Shown piece after piece: positions 43,797 through 57,434 of a DNA stretch of 64,000 nucleotides. A program made the position numbers and the translations under genes. The stretch's first letter is position 1, and the number at the start of each line of letters is the position of its first letter. Source of the DNA: Octopus vulgaris (lineage: Eukaryota); NCBI GenBank assembly GCA_951406725.2, contig OX597815.1:106640001-106704000 (forward strand). The letters run 5' to 3'. The notes below the pieces were generated by a model. That model made no database searches. It had not been told where the DNA came from and saw only the letters and a list, made by a program, of their open reading frames with translations.

Positions 43797-44266
43797 GCTG
43801 TCATTGTTGCACTAGAGGTAGGGAGGAAATATGATGCTGACATAAAGTAGTGGTCAGAAATTTTATTCCACAGCAGTGAATATAATTTCAATCCCAGCTG
43901 TGAAAAATTAATCGATGAAATGACAATTAGTATAAGATGGAGTAGAGTTGGCACCGAAAAAGAAAAAAAAAAAAAACGAATTCAGGAAGAAGTCAATAAA
44001 ATAAACAAGTAAAAAGCAAAACATGATTAAAATAACAAAAAAAAAGATAAGATAAGAAATGAAGGAGAAAATATATATAAAAAAGAAAAGGGGTGGAAGG
44101 AGGGGGAGCAAGAAATAGCGGGAAAAAAGTGATAAGAAATGAGAGAATGAAGAATTGCGATGAGATATAGAGAGAAAAAAAATTATAGTGAAATTGAGAA
44201 TGACGTAACGACACGGAAAAAATATAAATACATATACTTTTTTGTCGTTATGTCATTCTCAATTGC

Positions 44267-44305
<39 letters not shown>

Positions 44306-44343
44306 ATATCTATATATCTATATACATATATAGATATATACAG

Positions 44344-44394
<51 letters not shown>

Positions 44395-44594
44395 AAAAGT
44401 AGGAGCCATAAATATCCACGACTAGTATTAGCACACTGGATTCAGAATTGTTTCGGCATGTTATATCCATAACTTTTACATTAATTTACATATCTATTTG
44501 CTTTATTATTAAGACTCCCAGTTTGCGGTATAAAACAAGCTCTAGATTTCTATATACAATGCTCAACTGATTAACAAAGTCTCTCGCTATATCT

Positions 44595-44815
44595 TTCATC
44601 TTTTCCTTGTTTCAGTCATTTGACTCCGGCCATGTTGGGGCACCACCCTGAAGGGTTTTAAGTCGAACTAATCGACCACAAGACTCATTTTATTTTAAAG
44701 TCCGCTGCGTATTCTTTTGTTCTCTTTTGCCGAACCGCTAAGTTACAGGAACGCAAACTCCAACACCAGTTGTCAAGCGGTGGTGGAGGGTCAAACAGAC
44801 AAAAAGACACACACA
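44595..44815. mobile_element. Third SINE-like family copy
   Basis: TTGTTTCAGTCATTTGACTCCGGCCATGTTGG...CTCTTTTGCCGAACCGCTAAGTTAC...GTTGTCAAGCGGTGGTGG. Confidence 0.78.
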
Positions 44816-44862
44816 CATGCACACACACACACACGCACTCACGCACGCACGCACACACACAT

Positions 44863-44897
<35 letters not shown>

Positions 44898-44903
44898 TAC
44901 ACT

Positions 44904-45790
44904 GACTTCGATGTTTCGGCCAGCCAAGCCATCATCAATCTGAGATGCATTTCGGTTCATGTTGGTTTTATATAGTTTCTGTTAAGTTCAAATTTTCTAG
45001 GGTTGAATGATAATCAAGCTTTGTGGTAGGTTGTGATACCAAGATGTTATGGAGAAGTTTTATTGATTAACTATGGGGATGTGCTAGTGTTTAGAATTTG
45101 TAATCAGGTGTGTCTATTTAAGTGTGTCATCTTCAGGTCATAAGGTTTCACAGAAACATATATTAGGTTATGTGTCACTCGGTGTAGTTGTTAGTTTTTT
45201 TTGGATATTAATGGGATATTTGACCTTTTCCTTTGAGTATGTGAAGGTTAAATCTTACAGTTCAATCCAGTATTTTAACCTTTGTAATTAGGTGTGTTAA
45301 CTTGGTATATCAGCTTTTTGGGTTCATAAAAATGTAAGTAGGTAGTAAGCTGGTATTATTTAGGGTTTTTCAGCTGTTTCTATTGGGAGGGTGTTGGTTA
45401 TTACTTAAGCATCTCATAGTGCTGTTAGAATGGAAAATTTGCTAACCAAAGATTTTAGTATTTACAACAGGATGCAAGTAGGTTAAAAATTTGTTGGTCG
45501 GCATATTTGTCTCCAAGAGATCATTGTTCTTGGAATTACCTGGTTGCTAAACCTTTGTGCTTAGTGAAGTGAAGTTTTTATAAATATTTCTTCTACTGGT
45601 TTCAAGCGTGATTATTACAGAAATTCTCCAGAACATTTTGCCGTCACAGACTACTATACAGTCTAAATATCATCCAGTAGAACTCAACCTACCCTAGAAA
45701 ATTTGAACTTAACAGAAACAACATAAAAATAACATGAATTCAAATGCATGTCAGTTTGATGATGAATTAGCTGACTGAAACATCGAAGTC
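44904..45790 (-). mobile_element. Penelope-like element relic with inverted ~100-bp terminal repeats
   Basis: 44904-45002 and 45692-45790 are inverted copies (CCCTAGAAAATTTGAACTTAACAGAAAC...TGATGATG...GAAACATCGAAGTC), each with a decayed hammerhead-like box. Minus strand ~45470-45540 resembles the GIY-YIG-end motif NS..EL...CR..NKFL. Confidence 0.55.
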
Positions 45791-45901
45791 GCCTTCAATA
45801 CTATTCTCATTAAAAAATCCTGAAGTTGTAGTCTACCAAATCTATTGAGTAATCCTTCAATAAAATGTAAAATTGTTTTCATTACATCATAACAAACATT
45901 A

Positions 45902-46003
<102 letters not shown>

Positions 46004-46479
46004 TTCCCAAAATTATGGAATAGGGTTGATAAAATCTAGGATAGCGTAACCTCGGAAGTAGTAAATTATCCAAACGAGGGGTAGATCGCAAACCTTCAGA
46101 CTAAGGATACCTTGACTATATGAAGTTTACATTGTCGTTTGGAGATCCCGTGTTAACTCGGTGAGGATTTGATCGATATATATATATATATATATATATA
46201 TTATTCCGTCATTGGATTGTGAATTAGGGGTCACCACATTCAAGGGGTTTAGTCGACTTCTTCGACCCCACTACTTATTTCAATCTGGCACCTATTTTAT
46301 CGAGTAATATTTCTGTTTGTCTTAAACAAAAACAGACATAAAAAGAAACATTAGTTTTAGACTCAATGTAAAAAAAACCCCCAAAAAACAACTAAACAAA
46401 ACAACAACAACAACAAAAATCCAAAATAAGAAAAACAAAAAAATCTCAGAAGCCCCAACGCATACGCACTTGCAGATAC

Positions 46480-46770
46480 ATGCTCACCTCGTGAACTCTT
46501 GTGGATTCTCGTGTCGTAAACGATTGATGAGAGTTCAGCAACTTCTGTACAGGTGATTTGTTATTATTGAACCGATCATTAGCTCACTCCCTCCCTCCAT
46601 TAAATCACATTACCTGTACGAGTTCACTGTTTGTCATACGGCAGATGTAGAAATGATCGCAGTGCAATGTGAAATGAAGTGCTTTACTCATAAAGACAAC
46701 ACACCACCCGGTCCGGAAATCGAAACCATGATCTTGCGATCATAAGTGCAGCACTGGATCACGCGCCTTC
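46480..46770 (-). mobile_element. CORE-like SINE, reverse orientation, degraded
   Basis: Reverse strand GGCGCGTGATCCAGTG...GGTTTCGATTTCCGGACCGGG...TGTTGTCTTTATGAGTAAAGCACTTCATTTCAC. Confidence 0.65.
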
Positions 46771-46817
46771 AATTTCATACATGCATACATACATACATAC
46801 ATACATACATACATACA

Positions 46818-46849
<32 letters not shown>

Positions 46850-48279
46850 CATACATACATACATTTCTGTACTCTTTCAATCTACTGAGTTCCACTCACC
46901 AGATTTTTGTCCACAGAGAACAAGTCTTGTGTAATTCTGAAATCTTGAATTGGTTTAGATTATTAACTCATAGGATATCAGGATTTCTTTGTATATAAGC
47001 ATCTCTGTGGAAGCGCAACGCAGATTTTGATCATGCGCGAAATGCAATTATCCCTGGTTATTTAAAATATATGCCGACAGTTATCACAGTTTTGGAGGCC
47101 AGAAATATATTTTTCTTCTTTTATTAATCTATTTCTTCTCTCAAGAAATTATACAAGATTTATACAAATACTTTCGCTTCTTTCCAGAGGGTCTACCACA
47201 TTCCAAATAGTCAATTGCTTATTTCTGCCATCATTTGCATTTTCCGGGTCATGCAGATCGATAGAAAAAGAAAATCTAATTGGCAGCGAGTGCAAAGCAA
47301 GATTATATAAAATCTCAGCACTTTTCCCCTTTCCTTTCTTTTCCTTCCTTCCTCTCTTTTTCTTTATTTCTTCTTTCTTTTTTCGTTCATCGTCGTCGTT
47401 GCCTTCTCCCTCAATCACCACCAATGCCATCACGACCACCACAACGACAACGATGACAACGACGACGACGACGACGACGACCACCACCACGCTGCCGCCG
47501 CCGCCGCCGCCGCCACCGCCACCACCGCCGCCGCCGCCACCACTACCACCATTAAATATGATTATTTTTCTCTGACTATCAGATTTCATTTAAAATAATT
47601 ATAGAGTTTGACGTATAATCAAGTCTATTTGACAGCGATATTTGAAACTTTTGTGACAGCTGAAAAATACAATTTACCTAATGAATAACCAATGACTATT
47701 GTTTCATTAGTATTATTATTATTGGCTAGAAAGAAACAAGGTTTGAGTGTATGAAATAGCGCTCAGATCACTGCAAAGTATCACTTTCAATATAGCTGCT
47801 AACAATTTTGTAAATTAAACTGACTTAAGAAGTTTATCAAAAATGATATTGTCTCAGAATGATCTCAGTAGTAATGACAACTGCACATGGAACAGTCATC
47901 AATATTGCTAACGAATGGACGCATTAACTGTGATGTCTTGAATAATCGAACAAATAATCTGCCTAATTCCTAGGAAAACAATCAGCAGATTTTTTTCACT
48001 TCTAACCCTGTCCTTACTGCAAATGTTTTGTTGGGTCGATTGTTGAATTCGATTTTCTGGTTTCTAACTAAACCTGAATATTTATACAACCCTACTGTGA
48101 GTTTAATAATATTTTCAAAATATTCTTTTCTACCAACTTATATAACAACTAAAATATATTATGCTACGCACACATACAAACACACACAGGCACTCATGTC
48201 GATACTGAATCTTGTGCTGATTTCGATGATGAGTTTTTCAGTTGTTCATTACAGTGTAAATGCCTAGGGGTTCCACTAA

Positions 48280-51200
48280 TATATATAAGCGATGTAAGAA
48301 TGTAGTTCTCTCTTCAATTATCCATAGATGTTATCCTTTCCCCCAATTTTTGAAGAAATATTCACATCCGCTGGGCAATCGATCTCTACCGTGGTGCATA
48401 ACTTTTGCTCCATGCTCCACACAACAATATCTGTCCCGTTGTGCTTATATCAGGTTGCTGTTTTTATTGGGATACTGTATTTTTTATTTTTAGACATGCG
48501 GCTACTTTTTGGTTCTGGTGTGCCTTTGATGTGACACTTAGGATAATCCTTCCTGCGAAAAGCATTGCGGACCGTCTTAGTGACAATGTTATGTTTCATG
48601 AGAAGGAGGTATCTTGCGGACACTTTTGAACAGCTAGTAATGATATGACTGATATCTTTAACACTGATATGAGACAATTGACACGTCCCATCACAGTGTG
48701 GATATTTAGAGACATCCTGATCCCTTTTGCTGATCAGGTGATGTACTTATCTCTGTTTTTGCTGTTCAGTGTATGTTGTCTAAGTGGTATTCAAAGGCCG
48801 TTTGGACAGATATTATGTCTCTAACTCAGTCCTTTCTTTTAACATAGATCCTCTCAGTGTTACTCTTGATGTAGAAGCTACCGGTCATTGTTAGTATCTT
48901 CGCTAATCCTGATGTCCACGTTGCGGATTTCTTCAAGATCCCATTTATGGGTACTAGCACTGGCACTGCTAAAGCATTGTGGGATACAGTTTTATTGAAT
49001 GCGGACAGATCTGATTGCCATGTCTTCCAAGATCTGCTGAAATATTCTTTTGTTGCTGTAACAACACCAACATATACAGTAATTCCATCAATTTCAAGGT
49101 ATTTGTAACATTCAATTCTGGAGATAGACAAGCAAATGATAACAGTGCGCTTCCTTGGTCGACAATCTTTCCTCGTTTGATTATCAAACTTGGACAATTT
49201 TTCTGACCCAAATCCATTCTCATATCCCATGAGAATTTTGTAACCAGTTCTAACTACTTTTTAATGTCACAAATATTATTTAAGTAGAACTTTAAAAAGA
49301 GTGTGGATGAATGAAATCAATCGTTCTTTTATCTGCTGCTCCTATCAAGTAACCTTTTGTATATCCATAACAAGGCTGACAAGGGGTTCACTGCTAAACA
49401 AAAGGCATTACAGATAAGCTGTTTACTCGAACTATTCCTGTTGATAGCCTAATTTTACTAGTGACTATAGTGGTAACTTTTCTTCCTATCCATAGTTCTG
49501 TGGGCCATGTTGTCATCCTTAGACTCCTTTCCTTCCTCCTGCCTACTATTCAGTTACTACATTGTGTGTTTTGCTATTTATAATTCTTTTGGCTTCTAGT
49601 GTTGTACATGCACCTGATAACCAGTTGACCCTATCTACGCCAGCTTATTCTTTTGAAAAGGTTAACTGTGGCTGTCCTATAGAGTGTGAGCTTTCTATTC
49701 CAATAACCGACTATCCTTCCCATGAGATTTCCATTCGGCTGTTTTGCAACAAATGTTAGGAGAGTTTTCCTGCAGGTATTATAAGTTTTGGGGCTGGTGG
49801 TGGTGGTTTCCTCTTGATATTATAAGTTTTAGGAGAGATGTTTGCACAGTAGTCACTCTGTATCTCATCTAACCACATTGCATCTTGCTTGTATTCTTTG
49901 TTTAAATTCCAATTACCAAAACAACTCTAGACCATCCAGGTGCGGAGCTTCTATAATCTTGATGGTATGACCTTTCATATTAAGACGCCGCCTGTGGGAT
50001 TTTGCAAACTTGCATTGATGGCCTTTCGTTCTCGAAGGTTTCTTTCACGACGAAATTGTTCCCTAACTGCTCGCATTTCAAGCTGAAGAGAAATTAACTT
50101 GCTCGTTAGTGTTTCTTGTTGATATTTCCCTTAGACTTTAGATAAAATAAGCAATATATTCGGAGGCAATAATAGGTTAGATGAGTACTGAAGAAGGGGA
50201 AACAACCACCAAAATATGGCATATACACTCATTACCCCCTTCTGTCTTCAATCATATTGTCTATTTACATCTGAAGTCTCGATACGAAACGTTGTAGCAA
50301 GAATCAGTGCTGGCTGTACGTTCTATAGAATATTTGTTAAAACAAAATAATGTGAAGAGCACTGCTGACTCAATAGAACGTGGTACTGACTTATGAAAAC
50401 ATTTAGTATACCTTATAGCATATTGTATTTGCATAACGAAGTGCCACAGACCAAGCATTTTTAATATTTAGATAATCTATCATAAACTTGTAGCTGGTGG
50501 TTCGTGAATTTATCAACTTTGCACTTAATGATAGTATCTAGCTGTCAAATACTTATTCTAAGTCTGTCGATATGTGCCTGGAGAGAGGTAATCCATTTTG
50601 GTTGTTTCTTCTCACTGCGATCGATCTCTGTTATTCCCGTATATTGGTGAATGGTAAATGCAGCACAATACAGCAGAACATTAGATGTCCAGAAGTTGAG
50701 ATTTTCAAATCTCTGCTAATTGTTCTTTAGCTACAACATCGCAGATCCATCAGGTCGGTTGGTTTTTCTATCGATTCGTGTGGTAATCGCTCTCTCATGT
50801 GATTGTTTATTAATGTAAATAGAAAAGATTTGTTTGAATTTTGCTGTTAAGAGTTCTTTTGATTGTTTATATTCTTCACTCATTATTTCTGTTCACAATC
50901 GGTTACTGCTCGTTCGTGTAACGACAACATGTTCGTTGCAGTTTTCTTATTGTCACATTGTCACCGTCCGTATTATTTATGATCTTCTCAGGAGAAAAAT
51001 TCACTGGTTTGGTATAATTCTTTCTTGCTGTGTGATTCTCGTAGTCTGTGGGTATAAATGCTATTTTTGTTCTAATCGAAGGTTTGTTGTCGTAGTTATT
51101 TAACACTGAATTTCAAGCAGTTGGGTTATTTAAAGTTTTAGTCATTCTTCATATTTTTATAGGGCCTATCAACAGATCACTCTCCTTTTTATAGAATTGG

Positions 51201-51300
51201 TAGAAGTCTTGGTTTAAATCAAAAGTCCATTGAAATTTCTCTCGAGAGATCAGTGACTTACGAAAGCTGACACCAGTTTCCTGGTCGGCCGTAACGAGTT
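48280..51300 (-). mobile_element. Long degraded R4/NeSL-type LINE (N-terminal region, RT and RLE remnants)
   Basis: Minus-strand fragments: LLYCAAFTI..KKQPKW (~50590-50680), APSPKTY (~49790), GFGSEK, YKYLEI, AFNKTVSHNALAVPVL (ORF 48826-49230), DIVVW..LCTTVEIDCPADVNI (~48355-48440). Confidence 0.75.
50181..50232 (+). ncRNA. Decayed type I hammerhead-like motif
   Basis: ATGAGTA-CTGAAGA-A-GGGGAAACAACCACC-AAAA-TATGGCATA-TA-CACTCAT. Stem I is AUGAGU/ACUCAU and stem III is palindromic AUAUG-G-CAUAU, but the GAAA box is mutated. Confidence 0.45.
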
Positions 51301-51467
51301 TCAGTTAATTTCTCCACTTGATTACTACTATGATCTCCCATAAAAAGGCATTTCTTCAAACAAGATAACCAATCTTTTTCGCCATAATGGCAAAAGTTCT
51401 TTTGGGATAGTATTCATTACAGAAAGATGAACAGCCTCCTTATGCTGACGTGCCCGACATCGATTCC

Positions 51468-51498
<31 letters not shown>

Positions 51499-52833
51499 TG
51501 TATGTATGTATGTATGTATGTATGTATGTATGTATGTATGTATGTATGTATGTATGTATGTATGTATGCATGTATGTACACAAGCACACATACATACACA
51601 TGAACACACAGACACACTCAGAAACACACCGACACACAGACACACAATGTATGTACATACATACGTATATGATCTACATATATACATACTCAGATGATGT
51701 TGGTACACAGCATTTATCAATCAGAGCGTTCCGGAAATTTATTTGTACAAATACATTTCTTGAAATCGACAAACTAATTCAGTTGGCTTATCAGTAGGTT
51801 ACGGGATAATGCAATAATCGATTAAAAACAACGTTTTTGGACATTCGCCTGTGAAATGATCTTTACGTATCAGCTGGATGACTTCCTTGACGTTCATACA
51901 TTATCTAAAAAAACAATACTGTTAAAAAGCAATGGCAAACACGAAAGCCGGTAAAATAAATATAAATCAATGCAGCACAGTTCTAAATCAAAATGAAATA
52001 TAACACTCCCCACTTAAAAGTAGCAAAAAGAAACAATAAATTAATTAAAAATGTCCTTTAATAATACCCTAATGCAATAGCGTTTGAGTTTCACGTCACT
52101 CATATCAGCATGATACAACTGTTTTATACATTATCACACACTGAAACACGCTAATGATATCAAGGCAAATGACTAAGTTGCCTATTTAATATCAAGGTCA
52201 CTAATATTAGTATCAGATTCCATAATCTGTGACTAGAAATATATACATAACTATTATTAATAGATTTGTGTGATCGTCTAAAATTGCTTATGCTCAGCTT
52301 GGGATGTGATTAGCAAGCTAAGCGGAACAAATTGTTTTGAGCCGAAAACCTATTCTAACACATACACATATATACATGCGCATGCACACTCACACGAACA
52401 TATGCGTTGGCGCAGGTACAAAATTTACGTCATATGCTTGTACATGCATACACAAAGTATCACTTTCTGATTTTGTGAAATATATTTACAGCTAACTGAA
52501 TAAGTTTTTCTTTTTGAGAACATGTACCAGAAAATAACATAAATGTAAAGACGCAATCTGAGGATGATTCTGTTAGGATTTGAACTGATAATGAGAAAAA
52601 AAAACATACACATACTTCAAAGCATTCGCTGGCGCTTTTCCATTTCCACCATCTTAAATTTGTTCTGTTTAATGCCGACATCACCACCACCACCACCACT
52701 ACCATGATCATGATCATCAACATATTACTTAGATAAGGGTGTCGGATTGCAGAACAACTTCAGATCCTGATGAAACGCTGTACTACACACACACACAGAC
52801 ACAACATATATAGGATGCACGTGTGCGTATATA

Positions 52834-52912
<79 letters not shown>

Positions 52913-53092
52913 ACATATATATCTGTGTGTGTGTATACTCATACATATAGATGAGATCGAGAGAATCTATACAGAAAACACTATTTGGACTTACACTTCC
53001 AAATCTTTATCTAAGTCAGTAGGGTAAAGAGTGTCTATAAAGAGAATCCAAGTGAGCAAATATGGAAATAATGATGCAATTAAACAGATCTA

Positions 53093-53173
<81 letters not shown>

Positions 53174-53179
53174 CATCCA

Positions 53180-53775
53180 TGTGAGACATGGACCTTTACA
53201 AACGTCATGTAAAGGTCCTTGAACGCTTCCATCAGAGATGTCTGAGACATTCTGAATGTTGGCTGGACCTTAAAAACTCCAGACACACAGGTCTTGAGGA
53301 AAGTTGATATCTTGAGTATTGAGGCGATAGTGCACAAGCACCGGTTACGTTGGACTGGACACCTTATTAGAATGGAAGATAGTAGGATCCCTAAACAGAT
53401 GCTATATGGGGAAGTTATTAGTGGAAAGAAATCCCGGCAGAAACCAAGGCTGCGATTTAAGGACTGTGTAAAGTCCTCATTAAAGGCTTGTGATATGCAG
53501 GAGATCGACTGGGAGAACAATGCTTGTCATCGCCACAGATGGAGGGAGCAGGTTATGAGGAGCTCGACAGCTTTGAAAGAGCGCGTATTCTACATGAAGA
53601 ATTTAAGCGTGCTGCTCGAAAACGCACTGCTAGCATAGTGAATAGGAAAGCTTGTTTTGCAATGTTTGTTGTCGTTTATGCTTGTCAAGAGCAGGGCTCA
53701 ACAGCCACCAACGGAGCCGCAAATGCAAAATATAAGTTAGTCCGAGACCGCACAATGTTCCTAAAGGTCAGCAAT
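53180..53775 (+). mobile_element. RTE-clade LINE 3' fragment
   Basis: CETWT, LERFHQRCLR, RLRWTGHLIRMEDSRIPKQMLYGE, KPRLRFKDCVK and terminal CNVCCRLCLSRAGLNSHQR zinc-finger-like motif. Confidence 0.9.
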
Positions 53776-53804
53776 GTGTGTGTGTAAGTATGTATATATG
53801 TGCA

Positions 53805-54615
53805 TCTTTGTGTTTGTGCTTGTCCCCTCACCACCACTTGACAACCAGTATTTGTTTGTTTACGTCCCCGTAATCTTGCGGTTCGACAAAAGAGAATGAG
53901 TATCAAGCTTAAAAATAGCTACTGGGATCGATTTATTCGATCAAACTCGTCAAGATGGTGCCCCAGCAAGGCAAATAAAAGGTAAAAAGATAAAAGATAA
54001 TAAATACAATAATCCAAAATACGTGACCTTGTTCTAAGTAAGAAAACATGTTTAGTGCTTTTTGTAGCACGATTTCATAACGGATATCAAACCAATGCAG
54101 TTCCCTAACATCACTTATGTCCTTAGGAAAAACATACAAATAATTATTTTCCTATTTCCTTTCACAGAATTCACAGGCTTTATACTTATTGTTTCTACAT
54201 TAAATCAATTTTCTGTTATTATAGACAACACTGCTTATTTATGTGGTGTAGAGAGATATCAAAGAAACTTGTTTGTGCTTGCTTCGGCAGTTCAATATCT
54301 GTGGTATTTCACAACGCTTAATCTATTTAGACTTTCACTCACATCAGATATACAGAAGCAGGTTTGTCCTTTTGCTGTCTTCGATTAGTTGTTAATCAGT
54401 TATGTTTTTTTTTATCTTTTAATTGTTTCTGTCATTGGATTGCGGTCATGCTGGGGTACCGCCTTTAAGGGTTTCGTCGAACAAATCGATCGCAGTACTT
54501 ATTATTTTTTTTAATGTCTGATACTTATTCTATCGATCTTTTTATGTCGAACTGGTAAGCAATGGGAACGTAAACAAGCGTAAACAAGCGGTGGTGAGGG
54601 ACAAATACAAAAACA
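53805..54615. mobile_element. Two oppositely oriented copies of the third SINE-like family (53805-53990 and 54410-54615)
   Basis: CCACCACTTGACAACC...CGTCCCCGTAA...GGTTCGACAAAAGAG, and on the other strand CATTGGATTGCGGTCATGCTGG...ACTTATTCTATCG. Confidence 0.7.
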
Positions 54616-54719
54616 CACACAGACAGACACAGACAGACAGGCAGATAGATAGACACACACACACACACACACGCACGCACGCAAACATACGTACTCATGC
54701 ACATCTATACGATTCGACT

Positions 54720-54849
54720 GTCTTTCAGTAAGAATTTGGAGCATGCGAACAGTAAAGGTCGTGCCTATAATAATTGGTGCGTTGGGAACAGTAAGCCAAG
54801 ATATAGACAAATGGCCACCAGGAATAAGACTGAACCTGAGCCAAACCAA

Positions 54850-54850
<1 letters not shown>
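54720..54850 (+). mobile_element. 3' tip of R4/Dong family (internally deleted) ending in (AAT)n
   Basis: RIWSMRTVKVVPIIIGALGTV, then CCAGGAATAAGACTGAACCTGAGCCAAACCAAA(AAT)n, the same family as 2050-2800. Confidence 0.75.
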
Positions 54851-54894
<44 letters not shown>

Positions 54895-55282
54895 TAATAA
54901 TATGTGAAGAAGTTCGGCATTATTAAAACTGATAATTTTGTAAAGAAAGAAAAACCTAAAGAGGAAAAGAACACAAAAAAGAAAGAAAAACAGTAGACCG
55001 ATGACTTTGGATGAGAAGGAGTGATCTGAAATTAAGAGACTGAAGCACTTATATGCACAGCTCATGAAGGTGTTGTAATCATTAAAGTCGGATTGTTATA
55101 ACGCCCACTTCGGTAGAGCAATATAGTTGTTAGACCAGTAAAGACATGACTATCTAAGAACGCCTGCTACGTACTCTCTCCCTATACTGACCGACGTCAC
55201 CTTATTTATAGCAACTAGCATGTACCACTTGTCACGTGGGAGAGGTGTACCATTATTACTATTATCCTCACAATATCTCCAT

Positions 55283-55489
55283 TTTTAAGCGGGATGGGCT
55301 ACTTAACCAGAAGAAAATTTTAACTGGGACCCACCTGCAAGGTCATGCGCTGTTTATCTTGATATAAGATCATGTCGCGCACATGTGGTTGTGATACATG
55401 TGCCTGGTGTACCCTTATCAGACGGGAAGTCATGATGGGTATACTTGTACCTCAATGTCACTTTGACGGCATGTGCTGCTCTCTCACTC

Positions 55490-55490
<1 letters not shown>
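55283..55490 (+). mobile_element. 5'-truncated copy of the non-coding (AAT)n-tailed element
   Basis: Homologous to 57055-57268 (AACTGGG..CCACCTGCAAGG.CATGCGCTGTTTATCTTGAT...CTCTCTCACTC+(AAT)n). Confidence 0.8.
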
Positions 55491-55531
<41 letters not shown>

Positions 55532-55534
55532 TAG

Positions 55535-56680
55535 AAACAAAGAGTGGAAGACTACTGCATGTAGTAAAGTAACATCAGAAAAAGAAAACGCTCTCCTCTA
55601 TACACAAGGAGAGCAAACTGAATTACCAGAGATGCTGAAAAATAAATGGTGAGAGAAAAATCACTTCGTGGCCAGTACCCCGTAAGGCTAGACAGAGAGA
55701 AAGTGAGCCTAAGTAAAAGCCAATAATGACTCAAAAGCCCTGGACTAAAAGCCGAAACGGAAGGACAGATTCTTGCTGCACAAGACCAAAGCCTGACTAC
55801 AAACAATTGTAAAAACAAAATAATGAAAACAGGCCTCAACACCAAATGCAGAATGTACAATCAGCACAATGAGACAGTTGACCACATCATCTCGGGCTGC
55901 CCAGTCCTTGCCAAGTCTGAATATGTATACAGACCACAAAGTAAGCAGTTATATCCACTGGACAATATGCCAACATTGCAACCTCAAAACTGACAGCAGG
56001 TGGTATAAGCATGAGCCAAGCAAGGTACAAGACAACGATCAGGCCACAATCATCTGGGATATGCCGGTTCAAACCGACAAAGAAATAAAAGCTAATTGCC
56101 CAGACATAATAGTCAAAGATTGGGGAAAAACGCCTGGTTGCTGTTAGACATTGCAGTCCCTTCTGATTAAAATATTACCAAAAAGGAAGTGAAGAAAAAA
56201 GTATTCAAAATGTAAGGCATGATGTTAAAAACAATACCAATAATAATTGGAACATTGGGTATGATTAAAAATCATATCAGCAAAAATGTAGACGCTATAT
56301 CTGGATCCTCAACACTATACGCTGTCAAAAAAATAGCCCTGCTAGGAGCAGTCCACATCCTACAAAAGACACTATAAATCCAATAATACAACCTAAACAA
56401 AGCAACCCACAAATACATGACACACTCTATACAGCATTTACCCAGTGAAATAAACTCCAACCAGCAAGCTAGGTAAACCAATGCATTACACACTCAACAC
56501 ACAATAAAGAAGTAACACAAAAAAGACTGCACCACACCTCACGAGAAAAAAACTAACACAATACAGTAAAGAGAAGAGTTCGCACATTCCCAATAGCAGA
56601 AAAGAACACACAATGCTGCACACACCACAGGAACACGGAGGTGTAGCAGGTGATGCAGTAAAAAATTGCCTCAATCTACC
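55535..56680 (+). mobile_element. 5'-truncated R4/Dong-type LINE between (AAT)n arrays, degraded
   Basis: GLKAETEGQILAAQDQSL, KCRMYNQHNETVDHIISGCPVL, IIWDMPVQTDKEIKANCPDIIV, PIIIGTLG, KIALLGAVHIL. Confidence 0.88.
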
Positions 56681-56681
56681 A

Positions 56682-56739
<58 letters not shown>

Positions 56740-56740
<1 letters not shown>

Positions 56741-57268
56741 CAGTACTGGCTCTCATAGCTTCTGATCTTAACTGACTGGAAGTGTTATCATGTACATTGT
56801 TTTGTCTTGGTATAAAAGATGGGCTACAGCAAATATTTTGCACAATACCACAGATTTGCTTGTCAGTTGTTTGATCTTAACCAGTTGAACATGTCCCTTA
56901 GTGGTTGACGGTATGTGCATCTCTGATCAAGAGCAGAAGTAGTGGGGGAGCATCATAACTATGCGTCGAGAGGGATTCTGTGGGGTTTGAGTAATTCACT
57001 TCTGGAAACATGGGTGTTTCGTTCATAAGCCTTAAACAACCCTTATTCATGGAACTTTTGAGCGAGATATGTTACTCGACCTGAAAGAAATTCTAACTGG
57101 GCTCCACCTGCAAGGCCATGCGCTGTTTATCTTGATGTGGGATCTCCATGTGCACATATGGTTGTGATACACGTGTACCCTTATCAGACGAGTAGTGATG
57201 ATGGGTATACTGGGCTTCATATATTTTACCCCAGTGTCACTCTGATGGCATGCACCACTCTCTCACTC
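56740..57268 (+). mobile_element. Non-coding ~530-bp interspersed element between (AAT)n arrays
   Basis: Bounded by (AAT)n at both ends. Its 3' part recurs at 55283-55490. Confidence 0.7.
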
Positions 57269-57352
57269 AATAATAATAATAATAATAATAATAACAATAA
57301 TAATAATAACAACAACAACAATAATATAATAACAACAACAACAACAACAATA

Positions 57353-57434
<82 letters not shown>

